A stretch of 64,000 bases of DNA, from positions 1,442,057 through 1,506,056 of the forward strand of contig MU057930.1 of NCBI GenBank assembly GCA_013265495.1. The letters run 5' to 3'. The DNA is from Vicugna vicugna (lineage: Eukaryota). The notes beneath the pieces were generated by a model. The model was not told where the DNA came from. It searched no databases and was given only the letters and a program-made list of their open reading frames with translations. This document shows positions 11,740 through 23,833 of this stretch, piece by piece. Made by a program: the position numbers and the translations under genes. Numbering within the stretch: the first letter of the stretch is position 1; each line of letters starts with the position of its first letter.

Positions 11740-13420
11740 CGGCTCTGATCCTTCCAGAGGAAAATCTTGGAAGCAAAATCTGGAACGATCAAACTGTTTT
11801 CAAGTCCTGTAACTGTGTCCGAGAACAGAGTTCAAGGTTGTTTATAGAAATGTTTGTAATGGAAGCAAATGAACAAGCAAACGAAAAACAGTCAACCTTA
11901 AAATCTATACCAAATGAAAGTACTTTTTGACTTCAAAAAATTACCAAAAAAATTGTTTCGGACGTTCAAAAATTTGAATTAGTTTATCACAAGCAGACAT
12001 GTAGTAAAAGAAATCTCAGGCAGAAACAAAATTACACCAATGGAAATAAGGATCTAATCAAAGGAATTAAGAATTACATGGATAAATGTACAAAGTTATT
12101 TTATGTAATGTCTTTAATAGATCATTGAATAGTTAAACCAAAATAAAAATGTAGTTTGTGGTTCACAGCAAATGTAAGACGAAAATGCATGAGAACATGG
12201 CACAAAAATCAGGAAAGAAGAAACTGAAGTTAAGCATTTAAGAGAAGCAAAATTTTCCAAAGTTCTCACACTATTTAGAAATAATATCACTTGAAGGTAA
12301 ATTGTGACAAGTCAAAGACTTACACTATAAACAGTAAATCAATGATTAACATAATGAAACAAAGAATTATAGCTAATATGATGGCAAATGAGACATCATG
12401 GAATCAAAAAATTACTCAGCTGTTGCAAAAGAATGAGGGAAATGAGGGAAAACTGAACAAGGAGTTGATGGGTAAACAGAAAGTAAATATAGTGATGACA
12501 CATTTATTCCTGACCACATAATAATACTAGTTGTAAATGATATAAATACTCCAACTAAAAGGCAGAGATTCTCAGAACATATATAAATCAGGACCTAATT
12601 TTACTCAGTTCACCACAAGCACGTTAAATGTATAGACACAAAGGTTAAGAGCCAAGTGATGAAAGAACACATTAGAAGCAAACATTAATCAAAATTGTGC
12701 TGAAATATCTGTATTTATTTGAGATAAAATAGGTTTCAGAGCCAACACGATTGCCCCGGATAGAGAAAGTCATTTTGTAATAGTAAAGAGCTCAGTTCAT
12801 CAAGAGAACATATGATCACTAAATATTTATGCATATAATAAAAGAACTTCAAAACATGTGAAGAGAAAACTGATAGAATTGCAAAGAATCAGAGACTTCT
12901 ATATCCCTCTTTAATAATTGATAAAATAGCTGGAAAATCAGTAAATCAACAGAAGTAAGTATATGGAAGCTTTGACCAATACCGAAGTCACTGTCACGTA
13001 TTTTTAGTTTGTTTTTATGGTAAGACCACGATTTCTGAGACAGATTAATTGAGGTTTAATTGGTATGCATGAAACTGCACGTATTTAAAGCATATAATTT
13101 GATGTCAAACCCCCAAATTTACTCATGTCCCTTGGTAATTCCTCTTTAAATCCTACTCACCTGCTTCTAAATGACCTGTGATTCAAGGAGACCCTCACAG
13201 GAAGACTACAAATTATTTCAAACTGAATGGTAATAATAATGAAAGCATAATATTCATTTTTGGGGATACAGGTAAGAAATGATTAAAATAATACATACAT
13301 TCCTCTATACTCTTCCTAGAAAAAACAGTTGATTGTGATCTATCCAACTTTCCGTCTTATGAAGGTAGTAAAATAAAGAGCTCTTTTTTTATTTTTTTTA
13401 AACAAGGGGAAAGAATTAAT
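11740..13420 (+). mobile_element. Ancient L1 body (ORF1 end, ORF2 endonuclease region), decayed
   Basis: 'taaatactccaactaaaaggcagagatt' (~LNTPIKRQR), 'ctaaatatttatgca' (~LNIYA), 'gataaaataggtttcagagc' (~DKIDFR). Confidence 0.75.
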
Positions 13421-14834
13421 AAAGAAGGAATTGACTATGTGTTCACTGTCCATTTAGTCTTGGCAAAATATGTCAAGGAAATGCTGACATATGTGGCAGG
13501 GTGTCTGCTCGCTGCTTATAATTACGTGGCAGAATTAAGGCAAAAAAAATCTCCCCAATACTTCACACACACATGCTAAAATATTTACATTCTAACTGTG
13601 GAGTCCTATCATTCCAAGTGAGAAAAAATGACTCATGAAAGACGGAATAGATATGTGTTTTGAAAGTCACCAGGAAGTGGGAAAATAAGTAAACAAAATT
13701 AACAACAACAACAAAAATCTAGATAAATCAGAAGGAAGGAGAGTTCTGGAACATAAACTTCTCCAATTGGTTTCGTTACTTTTATTTTGTATAAGGGGCT
13801 GCCAGAGGCTGCAAATTCTTACGATTAATGGACACTGGAAAAGACTAAAGGATTCAGTGTGTTCTTTTCCTCATTTCCAAATCAACCAATTTTAACATCT
13901 ATAAAATGTTTAGTATCATTTAGCAATAGAAAGCATACTTTATTTTTCAGGTGAGTTTGTAGCTGAAAAGTAGTTGAATCCGTTTTTTTAAAAGAACACA
14001 TTCCAATGCAGCATTGGAATCCTCTTCTTCATGGAGCTGTTCATACAATCCGTGAAGCATGTAAGCACGTCATACTTTTTAAATTCAGATGTATCCTGTT
14101 GGATGCTTGGGTATTTTTTGACGTGCCCAAGAATGTTCACAAATAGTCAACCTATCTCAAGTCTGCATGTCAAGACTAACAGTGCCGACTCCAATTACTT
14201 ATATCACGTCGAATTTTAGATGTCACTTCTGAAATTCTATGCAGGTCCTTTAAATCCCCACAAAACCCTGAGACCTTAAGATCCTTTACAGATAACTACA
14301 GAAAATAAACGTATTTGCCATGTTATCCTTCCCTATCTCTAGGCACTGAGTAACGCTGCTCATCTGGTTATCGCATCCTCATCATAGGTAACCGTGCTGG
14401 TAACACAATTGGCTTTGAGAATCCTGTGTGATGAGTGGTCTGGGGCAGCCTGTGATTTGGTTGAGGATCTTGAAGCTGCTCATCTGTTACAGTGGCAGCT
14501 TGGTGGCCACGTCCACAACAAAGCACTTCTGTCAGGACAAATCTATTCACAGAGAACTGTGAGCGGAGGGAGCCTGACTGCATCTTGGGAACCTATTTCT
14601 GGCGGCATTCATGATGACTTTGGCTTCATCGGAAAGGACTGCTGTCTACACGGCACACCATCCAAAATCAACTTCCCCGTCATTTCCTAGATGATAGACG
14701 GGGCTTCAATTTCCTTGGCCATTTTCCTTCAACAGCACATTCTGGATGCTGAGATTTCAGTGTGAATAGTGACCCGTAAGGAATTATGTAAAAAAGATCA
14801 TTCCAAATAGGAAAAAAGAAAAACACAAAAGGAT

Positions 14835-15195
14835 ACCCTCCAAATATAAATAAATATAAAAAATAAAATAAATATATATAATATAAAATGTATTAAATAT
14901 AATATATAAATAAAAATGTAATATATAAAGGTATAACATAAAAATATATTAAATATAATATATATAATATATAAATAGGTACACATATAAATATAAAAAG
15001 AAATGAATATAAAAGGGAAAAGAAATAAATATAAACACATATATAATATAACAATATGGTAAATATAACAATATATAAATATAAATATACAAAGAAAATA
15101 AACATAAATACATATGAAATATATATAATATATAATATAATATATAAATATAAGTAAATACAAAATGAAAATAAATAAATATAAAAAACAAAAAT
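14835..15195. repeat. AT-rich low-complexity tract
   Basis: Almost exclusively A/T, with degenerate ataa/atat units. Confidence 0.95.
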
Positions 15196-15800
15196 CACAA
15201 AGGGAATCACCAAATATGACATATTTTGAGTTTTCTTATCATAAAAGTACCATCTGATGAAGGTACAAAAATGTCATTAAAAACTGACCACCACACGAGG
15301 AAAAGCCAAGTCATCCATTGAGCACCCCCCAAAAACATTCCTCCTGCAGCTCCCAGAGGTAAATACTTAATAACGGGTTCTCATCTGTGCACCAAAGAAT
15401 ATTCATAAATGAGCATCTGTCTGTCTGTGTTAACTGAGCGACTTTGCAATGCGTGGTGAGATACTAATCAGGTGGTTCTACTCTGGCTGGTGGGATGTTC
15501 AAGGGGTCCAAGTCTCAGTTCTGTTCTCACCTCTCCTCCCCCGGCTGGTTTCCTCTGCAACACGTCTTGTCCCGTGCCCGCACCATCTCCCTGCAGTTGG
15601 ACACTTGAGAACGTCCTTCCAGACTCTGGACTGCCTGCATGTACAGCCCCCTCGCCCACAGAGTCCAGCCACCTGAGGTTCTGAGAAATCAGAGCAGTAC
15701 CTTCTCTGCTCAGAAGAACCACTATCACTATTCCAAACCAGTAGTTCACCCATCGGGACCTTGCACTCAGGCAGAAATCCATCTAAAGAAAAACCCCTCT

Positions 15801-15940
15801 CACAGTGAAAAAAAGTGTGACCATGAACATAGGTATGTTCATGTATAACTGAAAAATGGTGCACTACACTGGAATTTGACACAACATTGTAAAATGACTA
15901 TAACTCAATAAAAAAAAAGTTTACAAAAAAAAAGAAAAAG
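15801..15940 (+). mobile_element. Short young L1 3' tail with A-rich end
   Basis: 'atgttcatgtataactgaaaaa...tgacacaacattgtaaaatgactataactcaataaaa'; 'aaagaaaaac' on both flanks is a probable TSD. Confidence 0.85.
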
Positions 15941-16358
15941 AAAAACTCATGGAACTGCCTGTTTTCGTAGAGACTGCCATCTTGTGTGATCTGTTGGCGA
16001 ATGTCACCAAACTGTTGTCTTGTACGTCTTGTCAATTTTATAGTTGTTTATGGAAGAACAGCCCCTCCATCCTAGTTGAAAATTGATGTTTTAGCAAATC
16101 TGTCTGTTCCACTTCTTAGGGGGGTGAATGGGGAATGTGGTCTTCTGTTCTAGAAACACTGTCGAGGACTTTCTTGGTGCAAACATGCAGGTTCCAGACA
16201 CCTAAAATATAACATTTGCCGTTAATAATCTACATTGACATACATGTCGGAGAAGACAGAGAAGTCAGATGAATCATTGAGGGGCAGAAAATCAGTGAGT
16301 CTAAGTTCAAATAAGCATTCATGGGGAGGTGCTGTATTTGCTATATTTGAGAAATTCA

Positions 16359-16577
16359 TTTTTTTAATTGAAATACAGTTGATTTACAATGTCGTGTTAG
16401 TCTCCAGTGTACAGCACAGCGATTGAGTTATACACACATATACATTATTTTTCGTATTTTTTTTATCATTACAGGTTACTACAAGGTGTTGAATATAGTT
16501 CCCTGTGCTATATAGTAGGACCTTTTTGTTTATCTGTTTTATACAGAGTAGTGTGTTTCTGCTAATCCCAAATTCCC
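16359..16577 (-). mobile_element. Young L1 3'UTR tail
   Basis: 'ttttaattgaaatacagttgatttacaatg...ttccctgtgctatatagtaggacc...gctaatcccaaa'. Confidence 0.9.
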
Positions 16578-17299
16578 TGAGAGATGTTTTTTGATCCTGA
16601 TATGCTACACTTGACATTGTACAACGGTCATGCCCTCAATGTCAATCATAGCATGAGTTTAGTTATGTGGCTTCTCCGGTGTCTTACTTAAAACTTCTAG
16701 ACCTAAGTCTGCTCGCAACTGGAGTGAATGGTCTACAGTTTCATCTTCTACGCGTATTAGAGATATATTGTCACTTCATTTATTTTCATCACCTGCTTAT
16801 GTATATCATCTATTCAGCATACAGTTTTTTAAATTCATCTCCTGTGTGTATTGCTCTTAATCCAACATAAGATTCTTATTCTTATAAATTGTTATGAGAT
16901 ATGATCAATACACACACAGTGTCTAGGAATTTTTCACTCTTTTGTGAGGGAATTACTAAGGAGTATTCTTCTTTAGTAATCCTAGCCACGTGCAATTTTG
17001 CCAGTTCAGTCAGTATCTTAAGAACTAAACTACACCGTATTTTTAGGATATGCGTATTAGTTATACAAAAACATTTCCAGGATCTCCTGTTTGGGGGGAA
17101 TCTGGAGCTAAATACTGAAAAACAGGCTTCTGTATAAGCCACGTTAAAATCGGTAATACACTAATAATATTGCTTCACGGAACATGTCAAACGTTTTTGG
17201 CCAAAATATTGTTTTTGTTTTAATATTTCAGAAATTGCAGGACATTTGGTTACATGCTGATGCCAAAGCATTCAAACCTATATTTCTGAGTCATCAAAT

Positions 17300-17725
17300 A
17301 TTATTACTTATATGAAATAGTAAATATTAATACAAATCATTAATTCTGTATTATTAATAATATAAATGAAATCAATAATATAATAAATATAAGTACATGT
17401 TATATTAGGTAGTATATTATATAAGATATAATTATATATTATATTACATAGTATGTCTTATATAATATAAAATACAGTATAAAGCATACTATACTATAAT
17501 ATATAAACATGTTTTATATATTATTATATATCATATAATTATATATAATCATTGTGTCATATGATATAATTATATATAATTATACAATCTATTATATAAA
17601 AAATTCATATAATTGAGATAATATATAATTAAATCTATTTTAACCTTCTATATAAAATTAAAGATACAATTATATATTAATAATATAATAATCTGATATA
17701 ATCATATATTTTAATGATTAATAAT
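17300..17725. repeat. AT-rich low-complexity tract
   Basis: Degenerate (TA)n/(TATAA)n. Confidence 0.95.
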
Positions 17726-18744
17726 GAAGATAACTGTCTTTAGTCCCATTTCTCCCAGACTTAGGCAGGTTCCAATTCTTGTAACTTTTAGTTGGGTGAT
17801 ATTTTGATATTTTCTAATTTTCTAACATAAAGGAGTGTAGAGGCTTGTGCTTGAGAACTATTACTATTTTTTCTTATTTTAGTAATTTCTTTTCAAGCAC
17901 GTGAGAACAGGTGTGCCCTTATTCTGTCAGACCTGTCAGTAAATCTATCCTACGGTACGTGCGATTTGTACTAACTGCTTCATAAATATTAAACATGCCG
18001 TGCAACGCAGCCCCGTATTTTTCTGTTTGTCATCCAAGTCCAGTCGGAGGCCAGGCTGGGTTCTTTCGGGGACTCCAGCACCGTGACTCTTTCTGTCCTT
18101 GGCAAACAGGTCAACTCTCGTTTCCCTTACCTGGCACTTCTCTTAACACCTAAGATAACCCCCTGCCAACGCTGTAATTTCCAGCTTGTGTTAGTGCAGA
18201 GGAAGGAGGGAAATCATTTCAGCGAAACAAAAGAGCACAGATTTGAGTGACGATGAAGATGCCTTTTATCATCTCTTGCGGGGAGACTTGCTTGCTTACG
18301 CAGGAACATCGGAAGACCTCTCACCAAAGGGTCTTAGGAGAAACACCACCCATGTTGGTAACTCGTCACCTATCAGGGGATTCAGCTCAACCCAATTCAG
18401 GCCAATTCTACTCCTTGTGAGGGAACTGTAAACCAAGGCAGTTTTGAAAGCAGAACAGGTGGCTTCACACTTAGAAGGAAGTCATATATTTCTAGGACCC
18501 GTGAGGAATCCAGAGGAACGTGCAGGTGGTGGTGATTATTAAGACAGAAGACAGCTGATAAAGTGATGAAACCAAGGAAGGCTACAGTGTTCGCCTTTAA
18601 TGTGCTGAGGGGGCTGGTCTCACAGAATGCCTTTATCGCTGGAAACCCTGCAGAGTGTGTCCGACCGCTTTCAACACTTGGCAATCAGTCAGGCTGGGCA
18701 GGAGGATCTCTTCCTGAGCCTCACACCCCCACCTTTTTCCAGCT

Positions 18745-19145
18745 TGTTTTGCAACTCATTTTTTCAATAGTTACAGTGTGTCAGTTTGTGGTGCCCGGCA
18801 TCATGTTTCAGTCATACATAGACAGACATAGATTCCTTTTCATGTTCTTCTTCATGATAGGTTACTACAAGATATTGAATAGCGTTCCCTGTGCTACACA
18901 GTATAAACTTGTTGTTTATCTATTTTATATATAGTGGTTGGTATCTGCAAATCTCAAACTCCCACCGCATCCCTTCCCACTTGCCTTCCCCAACCCCAGC
19001 CGAAAGTTGACTATGTCTGTGAGTCTGTTTCTGTTTTGTAGATACATTCATTAGTATCTTCTTTTTCGTGTCTTTTTTTAGATTCCACATATGACTGATA
19101 TCTAACGGTATTTTTCTTTCTCTTTCTGGCTTAGCTTCGCTCTAA
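18745..19145 (-). mobile_element. Young L1 3' tail
   Basis: 'ttccctgtgctacacagta', 'tatctgcaaatctcaaactcc', 'tgtgagtctgtttctgttttg', 'agattccacatatga'. Confidence 0.9.
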
Positions 19146-20261
19146 GTATTCACGGAAAACATCAGGTGTCACCGTTTGAATCTCAGCTGATTACCCCAAC
19201 CCCAGCCCCCCGGGCCTTCATCATAAATGAAATGTTTCTTTCTTTCTTCTCTCATCAAGTGTCACCAAATGAAATGTCACGTTTAAAAGTCATGCGTTCT
19301 GTCAGTGCACACAATATTTTATTCCTGTGGACCGTTGAAAGGTTGGAAGGGGCACTTGGTTTTTACCTGATCGTGTGCAAGAGCTTCTGAATTTTAAATC
19401 AGTTCAGGATGGCTCAAGGTAGAGTAGCTTCATGGATCATCTTCAAGGCGCCTGGGCGCTGGGGGAAATCAAAGAGGCTACCGATCAACTAGAGATCCGA
19501 GTCTGTAAATTCATGACTACGTCTGGAGGTTATGAAGACGCTGAGGAGTACACATACTGAAGATGCCAAGTATTTCCGGAGATACCTTCCCAGTCAACAG
19601 GCGGCAGCCAAGCTTGCAGACTCAGCCTCCATCACTAATGGAATCGAAATGAACTGCAAATCCATGTGCTTTGGGATTTTTTTTTCCTTTTTTTTTTTTG
19701 GCACTGAAGCCATTAGAAATCCTTGGAGATCCAGGGCAGAAGAGATACACCGCGTATTACTGCCAAGTGATAAAAATTAAAATGATGTCAAAATAAAAAA
19801 CAAGTCAAGTTTGGTGTGTGTTTGCAACTGTCAGTGCTTGCCAAGTTGAGAAACAATGAATGACTTTGAACTTTTTTGAAACACTATGCCCAAGCCTGTG
19901 TTTTATAAGAAGAATTTAAATCATTTGGGGGGAAAGGGGAGAGCATTTTAGGACAACATGCATCCCATTCATTCTACCACATCTGAAATTTTAACTTGAT
20001 TTTCTTTGACACCTCGTGAGTTATCAGAGATGTTCACGGGGTTTGTCCTTGACTAATTTACTGCATAATCATAAATATTAGTATAGTTGTATGAACTTGA
20101 AAAAAAAATGTAAGTGACTATGTTAAGGACTATTGTCCCTTAAGGGCGAGAAACTACACAAGAAAAAGAACTAATTCAATTAGATTTAACGAAACATTCA
20201 GAGCATGTGAGAAACACAGTTAATTTATAAACTTGTTTGTACCCAACAGCAAAAAGGCTGA

Positions 20262-20372
20262 ATTCCATTTGTTGACATTTAGTTGAGCACCTACTATGCC
20301 CCAAACAGCATAGGTTCCAGAAATGAATGATGCATGTGACAAATTCCTGCGCATGAAAGTTTATGGATTCGA
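20262..20372 (-). mobile_element. L2 3' fragment
   Basis: 'catttagttgagcacctactatg' is the antisense L2 3'-end motif. Confidence 0.55.
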
Positions 20373-21003
20373 TCACCATCTGCAACTCAAGACAATTCAT
20401 GGTCCCTGGAAAACATGTTTAATTACTTCCTGACCGCTTCTAAGTGCCATCTGTATAATGATCACCATTTCCCCCCTTCCTTGTTTTACCAACCGTAGTA
20501 TGGATGTCAAATAGCCCATGTGTCATTGCGTCTTTTATACCTTCACCACCTTGGCTCACTCTGAAGCTTTAGGGCAGCTGGTGTCTTTACCAAGTCTTCA
20601 CTTGTAGAACATGCTCTCTGCTTCCTTCCAGGGGAGTTTTACTAGCCATGATGGGGATGGGGGAGTCGGGGAGGACCCGAGTCCACCTTTTCTCGAGATA
20701 CCTTGCACCAAGGAAAGAGAAGCAAGCAACAACATGGCGCACATCCCAAGGCGACTGAACAGGTGTTTGTCCTGACAGGTGGCACGGCCATGGGGACTTG
20801 GGACATTTTTAAACATCCCAGTGCAATCACTCAGTTAACGACTGAACATGTATCTTAGACATTCCGCCTTATGAGACACCTGTAACGGTGGCGATTCTGA
20901 AGGTAACACGGTGCATACAAGTATGAATTCACATCTGTGATTTTTTGCAAGGCTATTTTTATGCAAAGATTTTATGCTACTGGGAAACTTCAGCTTCAAG
21001 GTA

Positions 21004-21340
21004 CAGTGTCCCTCTGTATCCACAAGGGGCATTGGTTTCAGGACCTCCAGCAATAGCAAAACCTGAGGATGCCCAAATGTCATATAAAAAAAATCATGTA
21101 GTCTTTGCACATAACCTGTGCACATCTTCCTGGAGACATAAGTCACCTTCAGACCATTACAATACCTAATACAATGTAAATCACCATAAACACAATGTAA
21201 ATGCTTTGCAAACAGGTGCCAGCATCCTGCAAATTCAAGTTTTGCCTTTTGGAATTTTTTTTTTTCCCCAAATATTTCTGACCTGCAGTTGGTTGGATCT
21301 GAGGTGCTGAACACGAGCAAGGACACAGAGGACCAACTGT
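21004..21340 (+). mobile_element. MER2/MER2B-like Tc-mariner (Tigger) non-autonomous element
   Basis: TA|cagtgtccctctgtatcc start and 'gacacagaggaccaactg' end form imperfect TIRs; internal 'aatacctaatacaatgtaaat' is MER2-like. Confidence 0.85.
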
Positions 21341-23650
21341 GTAAGCTTTTAGTACAGCGGGTCAACGTCAGGTGCTCCGTGGAGTGGACAGAACGGGGCT
21401 GCCAGGTGGCAGGGCAGCCCACGACGACCAGGAGTCACAACATGAAATTAACAGACATTAACTGTCTCACTGCCGTAGCAAAAGCAGGAGGCTCAACTGG
21501 AGACAGTGCTGACTCTCCCTGTTCATTTTTCCCCACGGAAACGTGCTGGGTGAGGGTCAGGGGGACTGGCATAGACGTGGGAGGTCTCGAGAGGTGGCCT
21601 CACTGCCCAGGCAGCCCCAAGCGAAGGGCTCCTGCAGTCTTACAGGCCCAGGCAGGTGCGGGGAAGGAGAGGTGAGGGAGTCAGGATGGAAAAGCGCTGA
21701 TGCTCAGTCAGGATGGGGGAAGGTCCAAGGACCCCTCTTTCCTCCATAAGGGGGTCTCAGCACAGGTGCCCAGCAGAGCCTCCAAGGTCCCCCCATATGG
21801 AGGCACCTGGGCCAGCCATGAAGCTAAGCATGAGTTTGCATGAGAGCAGGGCCAGTCAGCGAGCCCGGGTCTTTGACCTCCACCCTTCAAAGACTGCACG
21901 ACAGTGGCCGTGCAGGAAGTCTGGTGTAGGGAAGGCAGTTTCCCTGCCAGGCAAAGACTTTGTACCTGCCGACCGCAGGGGCCTGAAAAGTCAGGCCTGG
22001 TTTTTTTGGCCAAGAGCCGGACTCATGCATCAGAACGTGTCGCAAATCGAAAAAAGGAAATGTGGGTGCAGTATTACAAGCGACATGGAGTTAAGTCATG
22101 ACACTGAAGGTGGTCAGAACACACTTAAGAAACCAGGAGTTAAAAAAAGAAAAACACAGGTAGGAATGCTGCATTATATAGGGACTGAAGTTACAGGATT
22201 TCAATGGTCCTTGCCCGTCAACAGGGAACACACAAGAAAGCAGAAAGAGAAGTAACTGAAAAGAGCTCGAAGAGAATGTCCCAGAAGAAACAGGGCAGGC
22301 GCCCCCTCTGTTGACCCCAGTTCCAGAAAGTCTGGGGCAGCATGCAGACCTCAACACACAGAATGAGACTATCTTGTGTGAAGCTGTGTCTGTTTCAAGC
22401 AACACGGCGCCAGGGAAAGAGAGAAAAAATCTGCCTCCGTTGGACTGAAGGAAATACATGAGGTTTCTCTGCACACGGGGCTGCCTACTGCAGGGTTGTT
22501 CACCGTCAGGGAAGACCCTGGATGCATTTTCAAGCATATGTGCGTCCATAAGCAATTTTCACATGGTTCCCTGACTTGAGAAAAGTGACAATTCCTAGTA
22601 CACAGACTGCCTTTGAGCAAGTTATAACAAGTAAGGTGAATGTCACGTGGGATGCACGTGTTGGAATGATGGGCTGGCCCATGAACTGGGAGTCCATTCA
22701 CAGATTGCTTCTCTCACTCCCATGTTAGTTCTTTTCATTTTCAGCAGATGGTCATACGTTACAGAATAGGTCATCTCAAAATTGGAGACTGACACAATGT
22801 ACCTCCCCTTCGGTGATCAGTATCTCATGCTAGAAAATTGCATCTTTCTCTGGCAAGAATTGGGCTCTGCGCTCCAAGGCTTGTATTTGGAAAGGAAAAT
22901 ATTGTGAACTGCATTCAAGATGGAATATACAGGTTAAGTGGACACCGAATGCCATGTTCTATTCCAACCCATTAAGGTCTGATGAAATAACTTACTATGC
23001 TAAGAAGTATTTACATAAAGTGAATGGGACAGAGTGGATGTATAATGAATTGTCACTTTTTATTATCTCCTGGTGGTGAGTCTTTCCTTAGACTTCATGT
23101 TTAATTCCCACGTGAATTTGAGTGACCCTTCGTACTAAGAACCCCCTTCTCTCTGCTGGATCTGCCTAACAGCTATCTTCCCACAGCCACCCTGCTTCTC
23201 AATTTTCAACTCAACGAATGTCCGAGTTGGTTACTGATATTCAAGCCACCCTTTCTAGCCCAGATTGATAGCAGGTCTCTTCAAAAGACAGACGGACCAG
23301 GAAGCCTAAGGAGATTCATGGAAGGAGGCTGAAATCAACATGCAGTGTTACCTTATGCCCGACTGACTAATTGTCTAAAACATCACCACCCCCGTTGCTG
23401 ATTCCACCCCCCAAACCCTGCCGCTCCCAAACTCTCTTCTGGAATCTGCCTTTGATCACAGTCGGCATCAAGCTTTATGAGGTGGATCATCCTTTTTAAC
23501 TATAGCAACTTTGAAGATATTCTTGGGAGATATGATGGCGGCACATCTGATCACCTTCAGCAAGAAGACATTATGGCACAGAGCTGGTCAAAACCATTGC
23601 AAATAATCACCAAGTAGGTTTTCATTGGATTTCGTATCAAACCAATGATT

Positions 23651-23833
23651 TATTCCTATGAAGTTAAAACTTCAATAGATTCAATAGATTTATTTATTTG
23701 GGAAATAAAAATATTTCCCAAAATGGTGAACGGGCTCAAAATGTTCAAAATACTCCTATGTAGTTAAAACTTCAATAGATTCAGATTAAAAATATTTCCC
23801 AAAATGGTGAACGGGCTCAAAATGTTCAAAATA
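23651..23833. repeat. Local tandem duplication (100-bp unit plus ~81-bp shortened copy)
   Basis: 'cctatg.agttaaaacttcaatagattca' and 'aaaaatatttcccaaaatggtgaacgggctcaaaatgttcaaaata' each occur twice. Confidence 0.95.

Noticed and set aside
14798..15222. Hydrophobic I/Y/F-rich ORFs
   Set aside because: Artefacts of AT-rich low complexity.
20835..21422. Longest non-L1 ORF (195 aa, minus strand)
   Set aside because: Runs through a MER2-like element; no recognisable domain or splice context.
21713..22447. 180-aa ORF and following open frame
   Set aside because: No recognisable homology; open frames overlap on both strands in GC-richer sequence, so it is unsupported as a gene.
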